Shown in pieces: positions 28,741 through 38,481 of a stretch of DNA of 64,000 nucleotides. Below the pieces are notes generated by a model. That model was not told where the DNA came from and did no database searches. It saw only the letters and a list, made by a program, of their open reading frames with translations. Both the position numbers and the translations under genes were made by a program. The DNA lies in IMG/VR virus record IMGVR_UViG_3300025671_008697; one strand, given 5' to 3'. The stretch is from a virus. Taxonomy: Duplodnaviria; Caudoviricetes. Positions within the stretch are counted from its first letter, which is position 1. Each line of letters starts with the position of its first letter.

Positions 28741-29127
28741 ATGGCAGTATTTACACGTACAAATGGTAGCGCCGAAACAGTAGTAAGCGTTGGTGCAGTT
28801 TCTGTTAGCGCAGAAACATCCAGTACACCAATCATGGTTGGTGTTGGCCCAAGCCCAATTGAATTCAGAACCCTAGTAGCAAACGCTACAATGGCCGCTG
28901 AAATGGGTACAGGCGAAGCAGTTGAAGCTCTACTCAAGTGGTTAGGCACAACTTCGACAATCCTAGGATACCAAGTTGACACAACAACACTAAGTGTTAT
29001 GACACAAGCAGCCGACACAACAAGTTGGACAGCAGCAAATGCTAACACCGCTCTAGACGGTGATAGTATTATTAACATCCGTGTTCAAAGCGTTAACGAC
29101 ACAGGCTTTAAACTAGCAACAAGTTAA
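28741..29127 (+). CDS. Putative abundant small virion protein
   Basis: A/T/S/V-rich, strongly biased codons, own late promoter, AAGGA SD and terminator. Confidence 0.65.
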   Translation: MAVFTRTNGSAETVVSVGAVSVSAETSSTPIMVGVGPSPIEFRTLVANATMAAEMGTGEAVEALLKWLGTTSTILGYQVDTTTLSVMTQAADTTSWTAANANTALDGDSIINIRVQSVNDTGFKLATS

Positions 29128-29147
29128 TTTTACGGAAATTAGCAAAG

Positions 29148-29173
29148 AAGGCAGCAATTATGCTGCCTTTTTT
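29148..29173 (+). terminator. Rho-independent terminator
   Basis: AAGGCAGCA-ATTA-TGCTGCCTT followed by a T-tract. Confidence 0.88.
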
Positions 29174-29194
29174 GTTGGCTATAAATATTTGACC

Positions 29195-29596
29195 ATGCGT
29201 GATATATTAATGACCACACTGGTAGACATTACCAACACTGGTGTAATCAAAGGTGAAAGCCCGGAACGTGATCAAATGCGTAACTGGCAGTCAGTGCTAC
29301 AGGTCTTGGGACTGCGTACACAAGTAAATGTTATAGCAGGTCCTGAAGTGTTCCAGTTAGAAGACCTTGAAGGTTTAGACTTTGGTGAAGATTATCGGGG
29401 ACAGCACAACGTATGGGCCATGCGTTTTTGTGAAATGGACGCCAACGACATTTATTCAGTCAAAGAACTTAGAGAAGATTTCAATGAAGTGCCTGTTATT
29501 GTAGGATTAGAAGAAACTGCACGCTTCATGCTGCCTATATTTTTCAGCTACGGCACACTAAAAAACATACACTTTAGATATAACGAGCACAGATAA
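29195..29596 (+). CDS. Hypothetical protein
   Basis: TATAAATA at 29180-29187, ATG 7 nt later. Confidence 0.7.
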   Translation: MRDILMTTLVDITNTGVIKGESPERDQMRNWQSVLQVLGLRTQVNVIAGPEVFQLEDLEGLDFGEDYRGQHNVWAMRFCEMDANDIYSVKELREDFNEVPVIVGLEETARFMLPIFFSYGTLKNIHFRYNEHR

Positions 29597-29685
29597 ATAT
29601 TAGTTGATGCTACGGCACCACTAGGCACTCTTTATGGCTCACACTGGCTTACTAAAAAAGCATCGTATAACTATACGAGAATATA

Positions 29686-29946
29686 ATGTCATCTACAGAG
29701 ATAGAGAAAAAGAACCTGGAGGCGCACGTAGAACTATGTGCTGAAAGGTATGAAGCTTTGGACCACAAATTAACAAACTTGGACAACAGGTTAACCAAAG
29801 TCGAAGAGCACGTTATTGCGATACGTGATAACATCACTCAAAAAACAGGTGGCATTAACAAACAGACAATCACAATGTTAAGTGGAGTAGCCGGAATACT
29901 GCTAACTACTATACTAGGATTGTTATTACACTTGGCAACCAAATAA
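29686..29946 (+). CDS. Coiled-coil protein with C-terminal TM helix (holin/XhlA-like topology)
   Basis: Heptads LDHKLTNLDNRLTKVE, then hydrophobic MLSGVAGILLTTILGLLL. Confidence 0.65.
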   Translation: MSSTEIEKKNLEAHVELCAERYEALDHKLTNLDNRLTKVEEHVIAIRDNITQKTGGINKQTITMLSGVAGILLTTILGLLLHLATK

Positions 29947-29947
29947 C

Positions 29948-30166
29948 GTGAAGATCGTCGAAGTAACCAAATCATTCTCAGTGGCTATCACTAACGAAGA
30001 AGCAGACTTGTACATCAAGTTTGACACAGATACGCCCATGATGAAACGTCATGAAATGACTGAGCAACAAATAATAACGGCCAATCAACTAGTAAACAAA
30101 GATTTATTAATACGTAAAAAGAATGAAGACGGCCAAATCATCTATAGAAAAAGAAGTAGCAGGTAA
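29948..30166 (+). CDS. Hypothetical protein
   Basis: 72-aa ORF, GTG start 1 nt after the upstream stop. Confidence 0.65.
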   Translation: MKIVEVTKSFSVAITNEEADLYIKFDTDTPMMKRHEMTEQQIITANQLVNKDLLIRKKNEDGQIIYRKRSSR

Positions 30167-30653
30167 ACTGCTGGTAGACGTTGCGTTTGAACGAGCACAT
30201 CGTTGGACAGAACGCGAGTTCAATCAACTAAGATACAAAGAAGATTTTATCATACATGTACCCATGTCTAAACGTTCGTGGGCAGTGGGCAAATTTGATC
30301 TAACCTTAGTGGGCGATCATCGTTGGCACTTAACTGATAGAGACCGAATTGACCTAACGTTTTACAGCAGAAAAGCCGCAGTATTTTATGCGTACTTTAC
30401 TCAACGTCGACAGTACAAATTAGCGGATCCTCTGGTTAGATCGGATCAGGATGTTGCCAAATACAGAGATGAACTAGAATTTTATAGCCAAAAACTTGCA
30501 AAACAATTGAAAAATAAAAAAATAACATTTGACACACAACTGTATCAAAGCAGGTATTTAGAAAGTCGAGCACGGTACAATAGTGCTAGAAAAGAACTAG
30601 AAAAAACTCTAAACCAAACTAAATATACTAAAGTTTGGGACCAAATATTATGA
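30123..30653 (+). CDS. Hypothetical protein
   Basis: 176-aa ORF in a tightly packed operon. Confidence 0.65.
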   Translation: MKTAKSSIEKEVAGKLLVDVAFERAHRWTEREFNQLRYKEDFIIHVPMSKRSWAVGKFDLTLVGDHRWHLTDRDRIDLTFYSRKAAVFYAYFTQRRQYKLADPLVRSDQDVAKYRDELEFYSQKLAKQLKNKKITFDTQLYQSRYLESRARYNSARKELEKTLNQTKYTKVWDQIL

Positions 30654-31348
30654 ACTTAAAAGAATTAGCACCAAAGCCTACAAAGCGATTTAACAAAGTT
30701 ATGGAAAGCCGTTTCGGCTTCGCCATCGACTATGACAACCTAAGTCCAGTTAAGGCACAAAAGATGAGTTTCGCCATTGGCGAGCAACTAACAAAAATCC
30801 GTCAAAGTTACGGAGCACATACCGCAGAGCAAAACCCCAAGTATATGGAAATGCTCATGGTACGTGAAGGCTTAGATGCTTGGTTGGCAGAAAACTTTGA
30901 TGGAGAAGTTGAGCCTCAACAGCAACTAACAGAAGGTGAATTAGAAACCGCTGAAGTAGTATTGGCTGCAAAAGACATGCAGGACAGTGTACAGGCAATG
31001 GTTGAAGACGCCAGCAAGATGCTTAACGAGCAATTGCCCCCATTGTTAGATACCATCCGTGACCAAGTTGGTGTAGCACAAGGTGATCAGTTTAGAAATA
31101 CTGTAGCACCAGCACTGCAAACACTATTAGATCAGTTAAACACAGCACGTGACACACTAGATCAAGCAAGCCGCGCACTAGCAGGTGAGCAAACTGCTGA
31201 GCCAATGTCCATGGGCGGTGAAGAACCCGCTGCCGAATTACCTGGTGGTGATGAAGACTTAAGCGACCTAGACAGCGAAGATGATGGTTTTGCTACCAGC
31301 GACGCTGCTGCAGGTGGTGAAGAAGAAATGGGCAGAGAGCGCCGCTAA
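30650..31348 (+). CDS. Acidic helical protein, possible head scaffold/core
   Basis: Very acidic C-terminal tail, ATGA overlap with the upstream gene. Confidence 0.55.
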   Translation: MNLKELAPKPTKRFNKVMESRFGFAIDYDNLSPVKAQKMSFAIGEQLTKIRQSYGAHTAEQNPKYMEMLMVREGLDAWLAENFDGEVEPQQQLTEGELETAEVVLAAKDMQDSVQAMVEDASKMLNEQLPPLLDTIRDQVGVAQGDQFRNTVAPALQTLLDQLNTARDTLDQASRALAGEQTAEPMSMGGEEPAAELPGGDEDLSDLDSEDDGFATSDAAAGGEEEMGRERR

Positions 31349-31725
31349 TGCGTCTAAGCGAATTTGCAGGAGACAACCCAGACAGGAGCAGTGACTTATA
31401 TGCAAATGTAGTCACTGCTCTTAGTCTCATGCAGAATCAAATTAAAGATAAAAAACTTAAAGCAGAAATTCCCACAGAACTGGTATTACGATATATTCGT
31501 AATACTGGAATGGCTGGTTTTAGTTATCAGGACCTTGTTGCTGCTAATTCCCAAGAGCCAGCAATGAAATCAATAGTAAAAAATATCACACCAGACACTG
31601 TTACTGTAAACACTGACACTGCTGCAGACGTTGAAAATCCAGACGAAGTAGCGCAGGCAGTAGACAACCCAGAACAAGTTGTTTCGAACATGGCCAAAGA
31701 CGCCATGGCTCGTAGACAAGACTAA
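31348..31725 (+). CDS. Hypothetical protein
   Basis: 125-aa ORF, TAATG coupling. Confidence 0.7.
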   Translation: MRLSEFAGDNPDRSSDLYANVVTALSLMQNQIKDKKLKAEIPTELVLRYIRNTGMAGFSYQDLVAANSQEPAMKSIVKNITPDTVTVNTDTAADVENPDEVAQAVDNPEQVVSNMAKDAMARRQD

Positions 31726-31761
31726 TTAAATACTGTATAATATTTTTTTTAGGAAGATACT

Positions 31762-32142
31762 ATGGCGTATTCTGATAAAGTTCTGGACCACTATGAAAAC
31801 CCCCGTAACGTAGGCAGTTTTGCCAAAGATGAGCCAGGCGTTGGCACGGGCATGGTTGGTGCTCCGGCTTGCGGTGACGTCATGAAATTACAGATCAAAG
31901 TAGACAACGGTGTAATCACAGATGCACGGTTTAAAACTTATGGGTGCGGTTCGGCAATTGCAAGTTCCAGCTTAGTTACAGAGTGGGTCAAAGGAAGAAC
32001 ATTAGATTCTGCTGCCCAAATCACCAATAGTGAAATAGCATCAGAACTTGCATTGCCTCCAGTTAAAATACATTGCAGTATTTTGGCAGAAGATGCTATC
32101 AAGGCAGCAGTAGAGGATTATAAAAAGAAAAACTATTCATGA
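31762..32142 (+). CDS. iscU: Fe-S cluster scaffold IscU
   Basis: YSDKVLDHYENPRNVG, APACGDVM, GCGSAIAS, LPPVKIHCS. Confidence 0.97.
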   Translation: MAYSDKVLDHYENPRNVGSFAKDEPGVGTGMVGAPACGDVMKLQIKVDNGVITDARFKTYGCGSAIASSSLVTEWVKGRTLDSAAQITNSEIASELALPPVKIHCSILAEDAIKAAVEDYKKKNYS

Positions 32143-33842
32143 GGATAAAAATTTGTTCCCACGGAAAAGAAAAGATCCAAGGTTCTCATTATGATATAAC
32201 AGCAACAAAATTATACCTCAAAACATGGTATGATTTATATGGATCTAATCCAAACACAGAATGGTTATTGGGGGGTTACTGGTTAGGCAATTCTAATAAA
32301 TTGACTGCCGATTCTATATTAGATGAAAACCCAGACATAGTTGGCTTTGGTTGTTATGTATGGAATTACTTAGATCAACTTGATATTGCAAAGACTATAA
32401 AACAAAAAAATCCAAACATAATAGTGGTTTTTGGTGGTCCAGAGTTAAGTGTACACAAAGATATAGAAGGGTACGAAGAAGTCCAAAAAAATTTTTTTAT
32501 TAATAATTCTTTCGTTGATTACGTTGTATACGGTGAAGGCGAAAAACCATTTCAACAAATTATAGATTTTGAGTCGGGTTATTTACAAGATACCAATTCT
32601 TTTATTAATATAGTTAAAAACAATAATGGTACTCGTCAATTATTTCCATTTGAACGAATTACAGACCCTGCATTTTTAAATTTAAGCATCTACCTAGAAA
32701 ATAAAGATTATTTCTTAAAGGAAATACAATTATTAGAACAAGAAGGCATACATCGTGATACTCAAGCATGGGTAATTGAATATGCAAGAGGATGCATGTA
32801 TAAATGTAGTTTTTGTGACTGGAGCCAAAACCTGACCAAAAAGGTATCTAGAAAAAAACATAGTTGGAAGGATGAAATAGATTTATTTTGTACAGCAGGT
32901 GTTAGTGCAAGAGTTATTGACGCTAATTTTGGGCAATGGCCACAGGATGTTGAAATTTTTGATTATGCTATGTCAAAATTTGAAACTTATAAAAGTTTCA
33001 TATTTATGGTAAGCAATACGTCAAAGTTAAACAAAGAAAGAACATTATATTTTAATTTAAAAAGTATACAAACTTATGGTATGGGCTCAGGTATAAGACC
33101 TAAGATTTCTATCCAGGACACTCATGGTGATGTTTTAGAGAATATAAACAGACCTGGTACTGATATGGTTAAAATAGAAGAATCTATAAAAACCTTTAAA
33201 GAACTTTTATCTTGGAATGAGTTCCTTCAGATAAAAGTTGAACTTATATTGGGTTTACCTGGGCAAACTTTTAATCATATGAAAAATACGTTTAAAGAGT
33301 TATTTCGAATAGGAGTACGACAAAATATTCTTTTATTTGACTGGTATTTGCTTCCAAATAGTCCAGCCGCAGACGAAAATTACAGAAAACTTTGGGGTAT
33401 AAAAGCAAAAAAATATTATACTATCTCAGAAAGTTTTGCAAATGCTCCTTTTAAATTTTTAAGTTTAAAACATGCTTATCAAGAAATGTTAGACAATACA
33501 AAGACTGAATTTAGAAGTACAGGAAATATAGTGTCTGAAACAAAAAGTATGTCATTTTTAGAAATGCAGGCTGTTAGAATCCTTTGGAACTTTCTTCGTT
33601 CTAGACTGATTCATGTTGAACATGAATTTCCTGATCATAATTATTCGTATGATGAATATTGTAATGAAGTTGATGAATATTCAATAAAAGCTCTTAATAT
33701 GGCCGAGGAGCAATGGTTATATACAAATAAGTTAATAGATGAGTATGGATTTGTTGTATATGGATATTGGGATGATAAAGAAAAACTATTGTACCCTAGG
33801 TACCATTTTATAGATATGATAAAAGATGATATCACTTACTGA
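32139..33842 (+). CDS. Cobalamin-binding radical SAM enzyme (class B-like)
   Basis: PDIVGFGCYVWN...VVFGGPE B12-binding domain, ARGCMYKCSFC, ELILGLPG. AT-rich. Confidence 0.88.
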   Translation: MRIKICSHGKEKIQGSHYDITATKLYLKTWYDLYGSNPNTEWLLGGYWLGNSNKLTADSILDENPDIVGFGCYVWNYLDQLDIAKTIKQKNPNIIVVFGGPELSVHKDIEGYEEVQKNFFINNSFVDYVVYGEGEKPFQQIIDFESGYLQDTNSFINIVKNNNGTRQLFPFERITDPAFLNLSIYLENKDYFLKEIQLLEQEGIHRDTQAWVIEYARGCMYKCSFCDWSQNLTKKVSRKKHSWKDEIDLFCTAGVSARVIDANFGQWPQDVEIFDYAMSKFETYKSFIFMVSNTSKLNKERTLYFNLKSIQTYGMGSGIRPKISIQDTHGDVLENINRPGTDMVKIEESIKTFKELLSWNEFLQIKVELILGLPGQTFNHMKNTFKELFRIGVRQNILLFDWYLLPNSPAADENYRKLWGIKAKKYYTISESFANAPFKFLSLKHAYQEMLDNTKTEFRSTGNIVSETKSMSFLEMQAVRILWNFLRSRLIHVEHEFPDHNYSYDEYCNEVDEYSIKALNMAEEQWLYTNKLIDEYGFVVYGYWDDKEKLLYPRYHFIDMIKDDITY

Positions 33843-34149
33843 ATTAGCGGCAGAAAAAGTTAGAACTCAATTACAAAAACGTGGCCAGGGGTTAGGTATT
33901 CGTATAGGAGTAAAAACCACTGGCTGTAGCGGTTTAGCTTATGTATTGGAATATGTGGACAGACCCGATCCCATGCGACCATTGACTTTTGACTGTCATG
34001 GTGTTACAGTATACGTAAACACAAAAGACGCACCATACTTAGAAGGTTTAGAAATGGATTGGGTCAAACAAGGACTAAATGAAGGATTCGAATTTCGTAA
34101 TCCGCAGGAACGAGACCGTTGCGGCTGCGGAGAAAGTTTCCGTGTATGA
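33826..34149 (+). CDS. iscA: A-type Fe-S carrier IscA (HesB family)
   Basis: GVKTTGCSGLAY, NPQERDRCGCGESF. Confidence 0.95.
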   Translation: MISLTELAAEKVRTQLQKRGQGLGIRIGVKTTGCSGLAYVLEYVDRPDPMRPLTFDCHGVTVYVNTKDAPYLEGLEMDWVKQGLNEGFEFRNPQERDRCGCGESFRV

Positions 34150-34484
34150 AACCTTGGACCAGAGAAGACACTCAATATTGGATTAATCAACTTGAAAATA
34201 GAGTTCAAGATATTGAATTTTATTTAGACATTGCTACACGCTGGTGTGAAGACAGATTTATACACGATGAGCAACGAGTAGCAGCCTGCTATGTAATTAC
34301 AATTATTTGGGTATGTGCCCAACGAGATGAATCTGTAAGTAGACAAGAAGTAATGGAAATAATGGGCGTAGAACTTTGGGAAGATTTCGAAGATCATGAA
34401 TTTTTCCTTGGTGATGAATTTATGGATAAAGAATTAGAAGAACTACTGGAGCATGTTGTAGAGAAATTCGAAGATGATTATTGA
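34146..34484 (+). CDS. Acidic hypothetical protein
   Basis: ATG at 34146 overlaps the iscA stop. Confidence 0.65.
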   Translation: MKPWTREDTQYWINQLENRVQDIEFYLDIATRWCEDRFIHDEQRVAACYVITIIWVCAQRDESVSRQEVMEIMGVELWEDFEDHEFFLGDEFMDKELEELLEHVVEKFEDDY

Positions 34485-35154
34485 ACGATATAATTATAAA
34501 ACTATTACAAGAGAAAGCGTAGACGGAAAACGGCATTACTGTTTGCCTGATGGATCTAAAGTACCTAGTGTAACTACAATCCTGGACAAAACTAAACCTT
34601 TGGAAAAACGGCAGGCACTAGCCAACTGGAAGAAGCGTGTGGGCGAAGAACGTGCTCAACAGATTACCACGGAAGCAGCCGGGCGTGGTACTAGAATGCA
34701 CAAGTGGTTAGAGGATTATGTAAAAACAGATGTGCTGAACGAGCCAGGCACAAATCCTTACAGCCAACAAAGCCACACAATGGCTCAGAAAATTATCTCC
34801 GAAGGTCTAAACAAAGTGGACGAGTTTTGGGGTATGGAAATTCCCTTATACTACAGCGGACTGTATGCTGGTACTACAGACTGCTTGGGCTTATGGCAAG
34901 GTCAGCCTGCAATAATGGACTTTAAGCAGACCAACAAACCCAAGCGGCGCGAATGGATTGAAGACTATTTTTTACAACTCAGTGCCTATGCACAGGCGCA
35001 CAATATAACACACGGAACTGACATCAAAACCGGTGTTATTTTAATGTGTAGCGCCGATTTTGAGTACCAAGAGTTTGTTTTAGAGCCCGAAGATTTTGAG
35101 TATTGGAGTCAGCGCTGGTTCGACAGAGTAGAGCAGTATTATAGAGAAAACTAA
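34474..35154 (+). CDS. PD-(D/E)XK exonuclease
   Basis: PSVTTIL, GTRMH, E..LY, YAGTTD, IMDFKQ, LQLSAY. Confidence 0.88.
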   Translation: MIIERYNYKTITRESVDGKRHYCLPDGSKVPSVTTILDKTKPLEKRQALANWKKRVGEERAQQITTEAAGRGTRMHKWLEDYVKTDVLNEPGTNPYSQQSHTMAQKIISEGLNKVDEFWGMEIPLYYSGLYAGTTDCLGLWQGQPAIMDFKQTNKPKRREWIEDYFLQLSAYAQAHNITHGTDIKTGVILMCSADFEYQEFVLEPEDFEYWSQRWFDRVEQYYREN

Positions 35155-35181
35155 ATATACTATAGGACATAGAACGAAAAC

Positions 35182-35703
35182 ATGGCTATAGTACAAATCA
35201 GTCAAATCAAGCATCGCAGAGGTACAAATGAAACACTACCTCAACTTGCCAGCGCAGAACTAGGCTGGAGCATTGATACCCGTCAACTTTATATCGGAAA
35301 TGGCACACTAGAAGAAGGTGCACCTGAAGTTGGTAACACAGAAATTTTAACTGAATTTAGTAATATTGCTGGAGTTACAAAATATACTCAACAATTAACA
35401 AATAACACCACTGCAAATATTGCCAGTCTAGTATTTGATTCAAGCGATCCTAGTGTAATTATAACTTACAGTCTTGTAAGAACACACACTGATACAGTTA
35501 ATGCCAATGTTAAAACAGGAACACTAACTGTAAGCCAATATCTTTCCAGAAATTCCAGTACTGATACAAACGTTGAACTAGGAGACACCGGATTTAGTTT
35601 CACTGTAACTCAGGTAAACAATGTTTGTTTTATTGCAGGTACTATTACTGACCAAAGTATTGACGCAAATTTAACATATACAATTAATAACTTAGCAGTT
35701 TAA
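35182..35703 (+). CDS. Virion protein with Mtd-N-like N-terminus
   Basis: IKHRRG...ELGWSIDTRQLYIGNG. Confidence 0.65.
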   Translation: MAIVQISQIKHRRGTNETLPQLASAELGWSIDTRQLYIGNGTLEEGAPEVGNTEILTEFSNIAGVTKYTQQLTNNTTANIASLVFDSSDPSVIITYSLVRTHTDTVNANVKTGTLTVSQYLSRNSSTDTNVELGDTGFSFTVTQVNNVCFIAGTITDQSIDANLTYTINNLAV

Positions 35704-35706
35704 TCA

Positions 35707-36153
35707 ATGTGGAATCTACTACCGCATGAGCGTCTGCGTTCATGGCAAGAGTTTCGAAATGATCTATCTAATTTAGATTTGGCATCTGCTTGTTACCAAA
35801 CAGAGCATCTTTGGAGTTATGCTCCCTACGTCCAAAACTACTTACATTTTGATTATGTAGATGAATGGCCCAATCCTTGGGAATTATTATATGATAATTA
35901 CTATTGTGGACTTGCAAAAGCATTGGCAATAGTGTATACTTTATATCTTAGTAGCCATAAACCCCAAATCGAAATAAGAGTATATAATGACCCGTCAACC
36001 ATGGAACAATATAATTTAGTTTATGTTGACAAAGGAAAATATGTTCTTAATTACATTCATGACGAGGTTGTAAATAGTACACAGGTTAGCAAACAGTTAG
36101 TGCTAAAGAGAACGATTAGCACTGAAGAATTAAAATTAGAACAATTAGTTTAA
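35707..36153 (+). CDS. Hypothetical protein, weak transglutaminase-like cysteine proteinase similarity
   Basis: WPNPWELL....YCGLAKALAI..TL resembles W.TP.E.L...GDCEDYAIAK..L. Confidence 0.45.
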   Translation: MWNLLPHERLRSWQEFRNDLSNLDLASACYQTEHLWSYAPYVQNYLHFDYVDEWPNPWELLYDNYYCGLAKALAIVYTLYLSSHKPQIEIRVYNDPSTMEQYNLVYVDKGKYVLNYIHDEVVNSTQVSKQLVLKRTISTEELKLEQLV

Positions 36154-36162
36154 GAGAGATCA

Positions 36163-38466
36163 ATGACACAAATTCAAGTATTAAAAAGAAACGGTGAGAA
36201 AGAACCACTAGATTTAGAAAAACTACACAAAGTTGTTTTCTGGGCTACCAAAGACATTACAGGTGTAAGTGCAAGCGAAGTAGAAATTAAAAGTCATATT
36301 CAATTTTACAATGGCATCAAAACATCGGATATCCAGGAAACACTAATTAAAAGTGCTGCTGATTTAATCAGTGAAGAAACTCCTAACTATCAATTTGTAG
36401 CAGGTAGGTTAATTAACTACCACTTGCGTAAAGAAGTCTATGGTGAGTATGAGCCATGGCCATTGTTAGACATTGTTAAGAAAAATGTAGACAAAGGGTT
36501 TTATGACCGGGGCCTGCTAGAAGCATACTCAGAAGAGGAATGGGCTGAACTGGAACGTGCAATCGACCATCACAAAGACGAGCACTTTACTTACGTGGCC
36601 ATGGAACAGTTCCGCGGCAAGTACCTTGTGCAAAACCGTGTAACAGGTGATATCTTTGAAACACCGCAGGTAGCATACATGCTTATTGCGGCAACATTGT
36701 TCCAGAGTTATGACAAATCCGTTAGACTACAATGGGTAAAGGATTATTATAATGCTGTTAGCAACCACGATATTAGTCTTCCTACTCCAGTTATGGCTGG
36801 TGTACGCACACCGCAAAAACAGTTTAGTAGTTGCGTTCTCATTGAGTCTGATGACAGTCTTGATAGTATCAATGCTACTGCAAGTAGTATTGTTCGTTAC
36901 GTAAGTCAAAAAGCCGGCATTGGCATTGGCGCAGGACGTATTCGTGCATTAGGTTCGCCTATTCGCAATGGTGATGCTTATCACACAGGAGTAATTCCTT
37001 TCTACAAGCACTTTCAAAGTGCCACACGCAGTTGCAGCCAAGGTGGTGTACGCAACGGTGCTGCTACTTTGTACTATCCTATCTGGCACTTGGAAGTAGA
37101 AGATCTGTTGGTTCTTAAAAACAACAAAGGAACAGAAGACAATCGTGTGCGTCATATGGACTACGGCATCCAGTTTAACAAGTTGATGTATGAACGCCTA
37201 ATCCAAGGTGGTGATATTACTTGCTTTAGTCCTCATGATGTTCCTGAAATGTACGAAGCATTCTTTAACGATCAAGAACGGTTCAAAGAACTGTACGAAC
37301 GTGCAGAGCGTAACACACGTCTACGCAAAAAGACTTACAAAGCAGTTGAACTGTTTGGTAAGTTCATGCAAGAGCGCAAGGATACAGGACGCATCTATTT
37401 GCAGAACGTAGACCATGCCAATACACACAGTCCCTTCAAAGAGGATCGTGCTCCTATTAAGATGAGCAACTTGTGTTGCGAAATTGACTTGCCCACAACG
37501 CCATTGTCAGATGTAAATGACCCCGATGGCAGAATTGCACTTTGCACATTGAGCGCAATTAACTGGGGCAATGTTAAGCAGCCACAAGACTTTGAACGTA
37601 TGTGTACATTAGCAGTGCGTGGTTTGGATGCACTACTAAGTTATCAGAACTATCCTGTACTTGCTGCCAAATTGGCCACTGACGAATTTAGACCTTTGGG
37701 CATTGGTATTATTAACTTTGCCTACTTCTTGGCCAAGCACGATGTCAGTTACAGTGATCCCAGTGCTCTTGCTCTTGTCGACGAGTACGCAGAAGCATGG
37801 AGTTACTACTTGCTGAAAGCCAGTGTAGAGTTAGCCAAAGAATTCGGCCCATGCACACGTTGGCAAGACCTAAAAAGTGCCAATGGCATCATGCCAATTG
37901 ATACACGCAAACGTGAAGTTGATGAACTTGTGGCACACCAAGAGCGTATGCCATGGGCAGAACTGCGCCGTGAAGCACAACAACATGGACAACGGAATGC
38001 TACCTTAATGGCATTGATGCCAGCAGAAACTTCAGCACAGATTTCAAACAGTACAAATGGCATTGAACCTCCAAGAAGTTATGTCAGTGTCAAGCAAAGC
38101 AAGCATGGTGTACTCAAGCAAGTGGTGCCTGAATATCGACGTCTAAAGAACAAATATGAACTACTTTGGGACCAAAAATCGCCCGAAGGATACCTAAAAA
38201 TCTGCGCTGTGTTGCAGAAATATATTGACCAAGGTATCAGTGTAAACACCAGTTACAATCCTCACTACTTTGAAGATGAAAAGATTCCAATGAGTGAGAT
38301 GTTGAAGCATTTGTTGATGTGTTATAAATATGGTACTAAACAGTTGTACTACTTTAACACCATGGATGGCCAAGGTGAGATCGACGTAGACAAACTAACA
38401 CAACGGCAAGACGAACCTGTTGAAGTTTTGGAAGACCAAGAAAACTGCGACAGTTGCGTAATCTAA
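36163..38466 (+). CDS. nrdA: Ribonucleotide reductase class Ia alpha subunit with ATP cone
   Basis: VLKRNG ATP cone, FSSCVL, SNLCCEI, MPAETS, KQLYY, CDSCVI. Confidence 0.98.
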   Translation: MTQIQVLKRNGEKEPLDLEKLHKVVFWATKDITGVSASEVEIKSHIQFYNGIKTSDIQETLIKSAADLISEETPNYQFVAGRLINYHLRKEVYGEYEPWPLLDIVKKNVDKGFYDRGLLEAYSEEEWAELERAIDHHKDEHFTYVAMEQFRGKYLVQNRVTGDIFETPQVAYMLIAATLFQSYDKSVRLQWVKDYYNAVSNHDISLPTPVMAGVRTPQKQFSSCVLIESDDSLDSINATASSIVRYVSQKAGIGIGAGRIRALGSPIRNGDAYHTGVIPFYKHFQSATRSCSQGGVRNGAATLYYPIWHLEVEDLLVLKNNKGTEDNRVRHMDYGIQFNKLMYERLIQGGDITCFSPHDVPEMYEAFFNDQERFKELYERAERNTRLRKKTYKAVELFGKFMQERKDTGRIYLQNVDHANTHSPFKEDRAPIKMSNLCCEIDLPTTPLSDVNDPDGRIALCTLSAINWGNVKQPQDFERMCTLAVRGLDALLSYQNYPVLAAKLATDEFRPLGIGIINFAYFLAKHDVSYSDPSALALVDEYAEAWSYYLLKASVELAKEFGPCTRWQDLKSANGIMPIDTRKREVDELVAHQERMPWAELRREAQQHGQRNATLMALMPAETSAQISNSTNGIEPPRSYVSVKQSKHGVLKQVVPEYRRLKNKYELLWDQKSPEGYLKICAVLQKYIDQGISVNTSYNPHYFEDEKIPMSEMLKHLLMCYKYGTKQLYYFNTMDGQGEIDVDKLTQRQDEPVEVLEDQENCDSCVI

Positions 38467-38481
38467 TAGGAATAATAACAA

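Noticed and set aside
29686-29946. Firm holin/spanin assignment (also for 54886-55428 and 44799-45131)
   Set aside because: Topology is compatible, but no lipobox o-spanin partner or diagnostic motif was found, so these are left as membrane proteins.
34474-35154. Cas4 / CRISPR adaptation gene
   Set aside because: It lacks the four-Cys Fe-S motif, and there are no cas genes or array nearby. It is an ordinary phage PD-(D/E)XK exonuclease.
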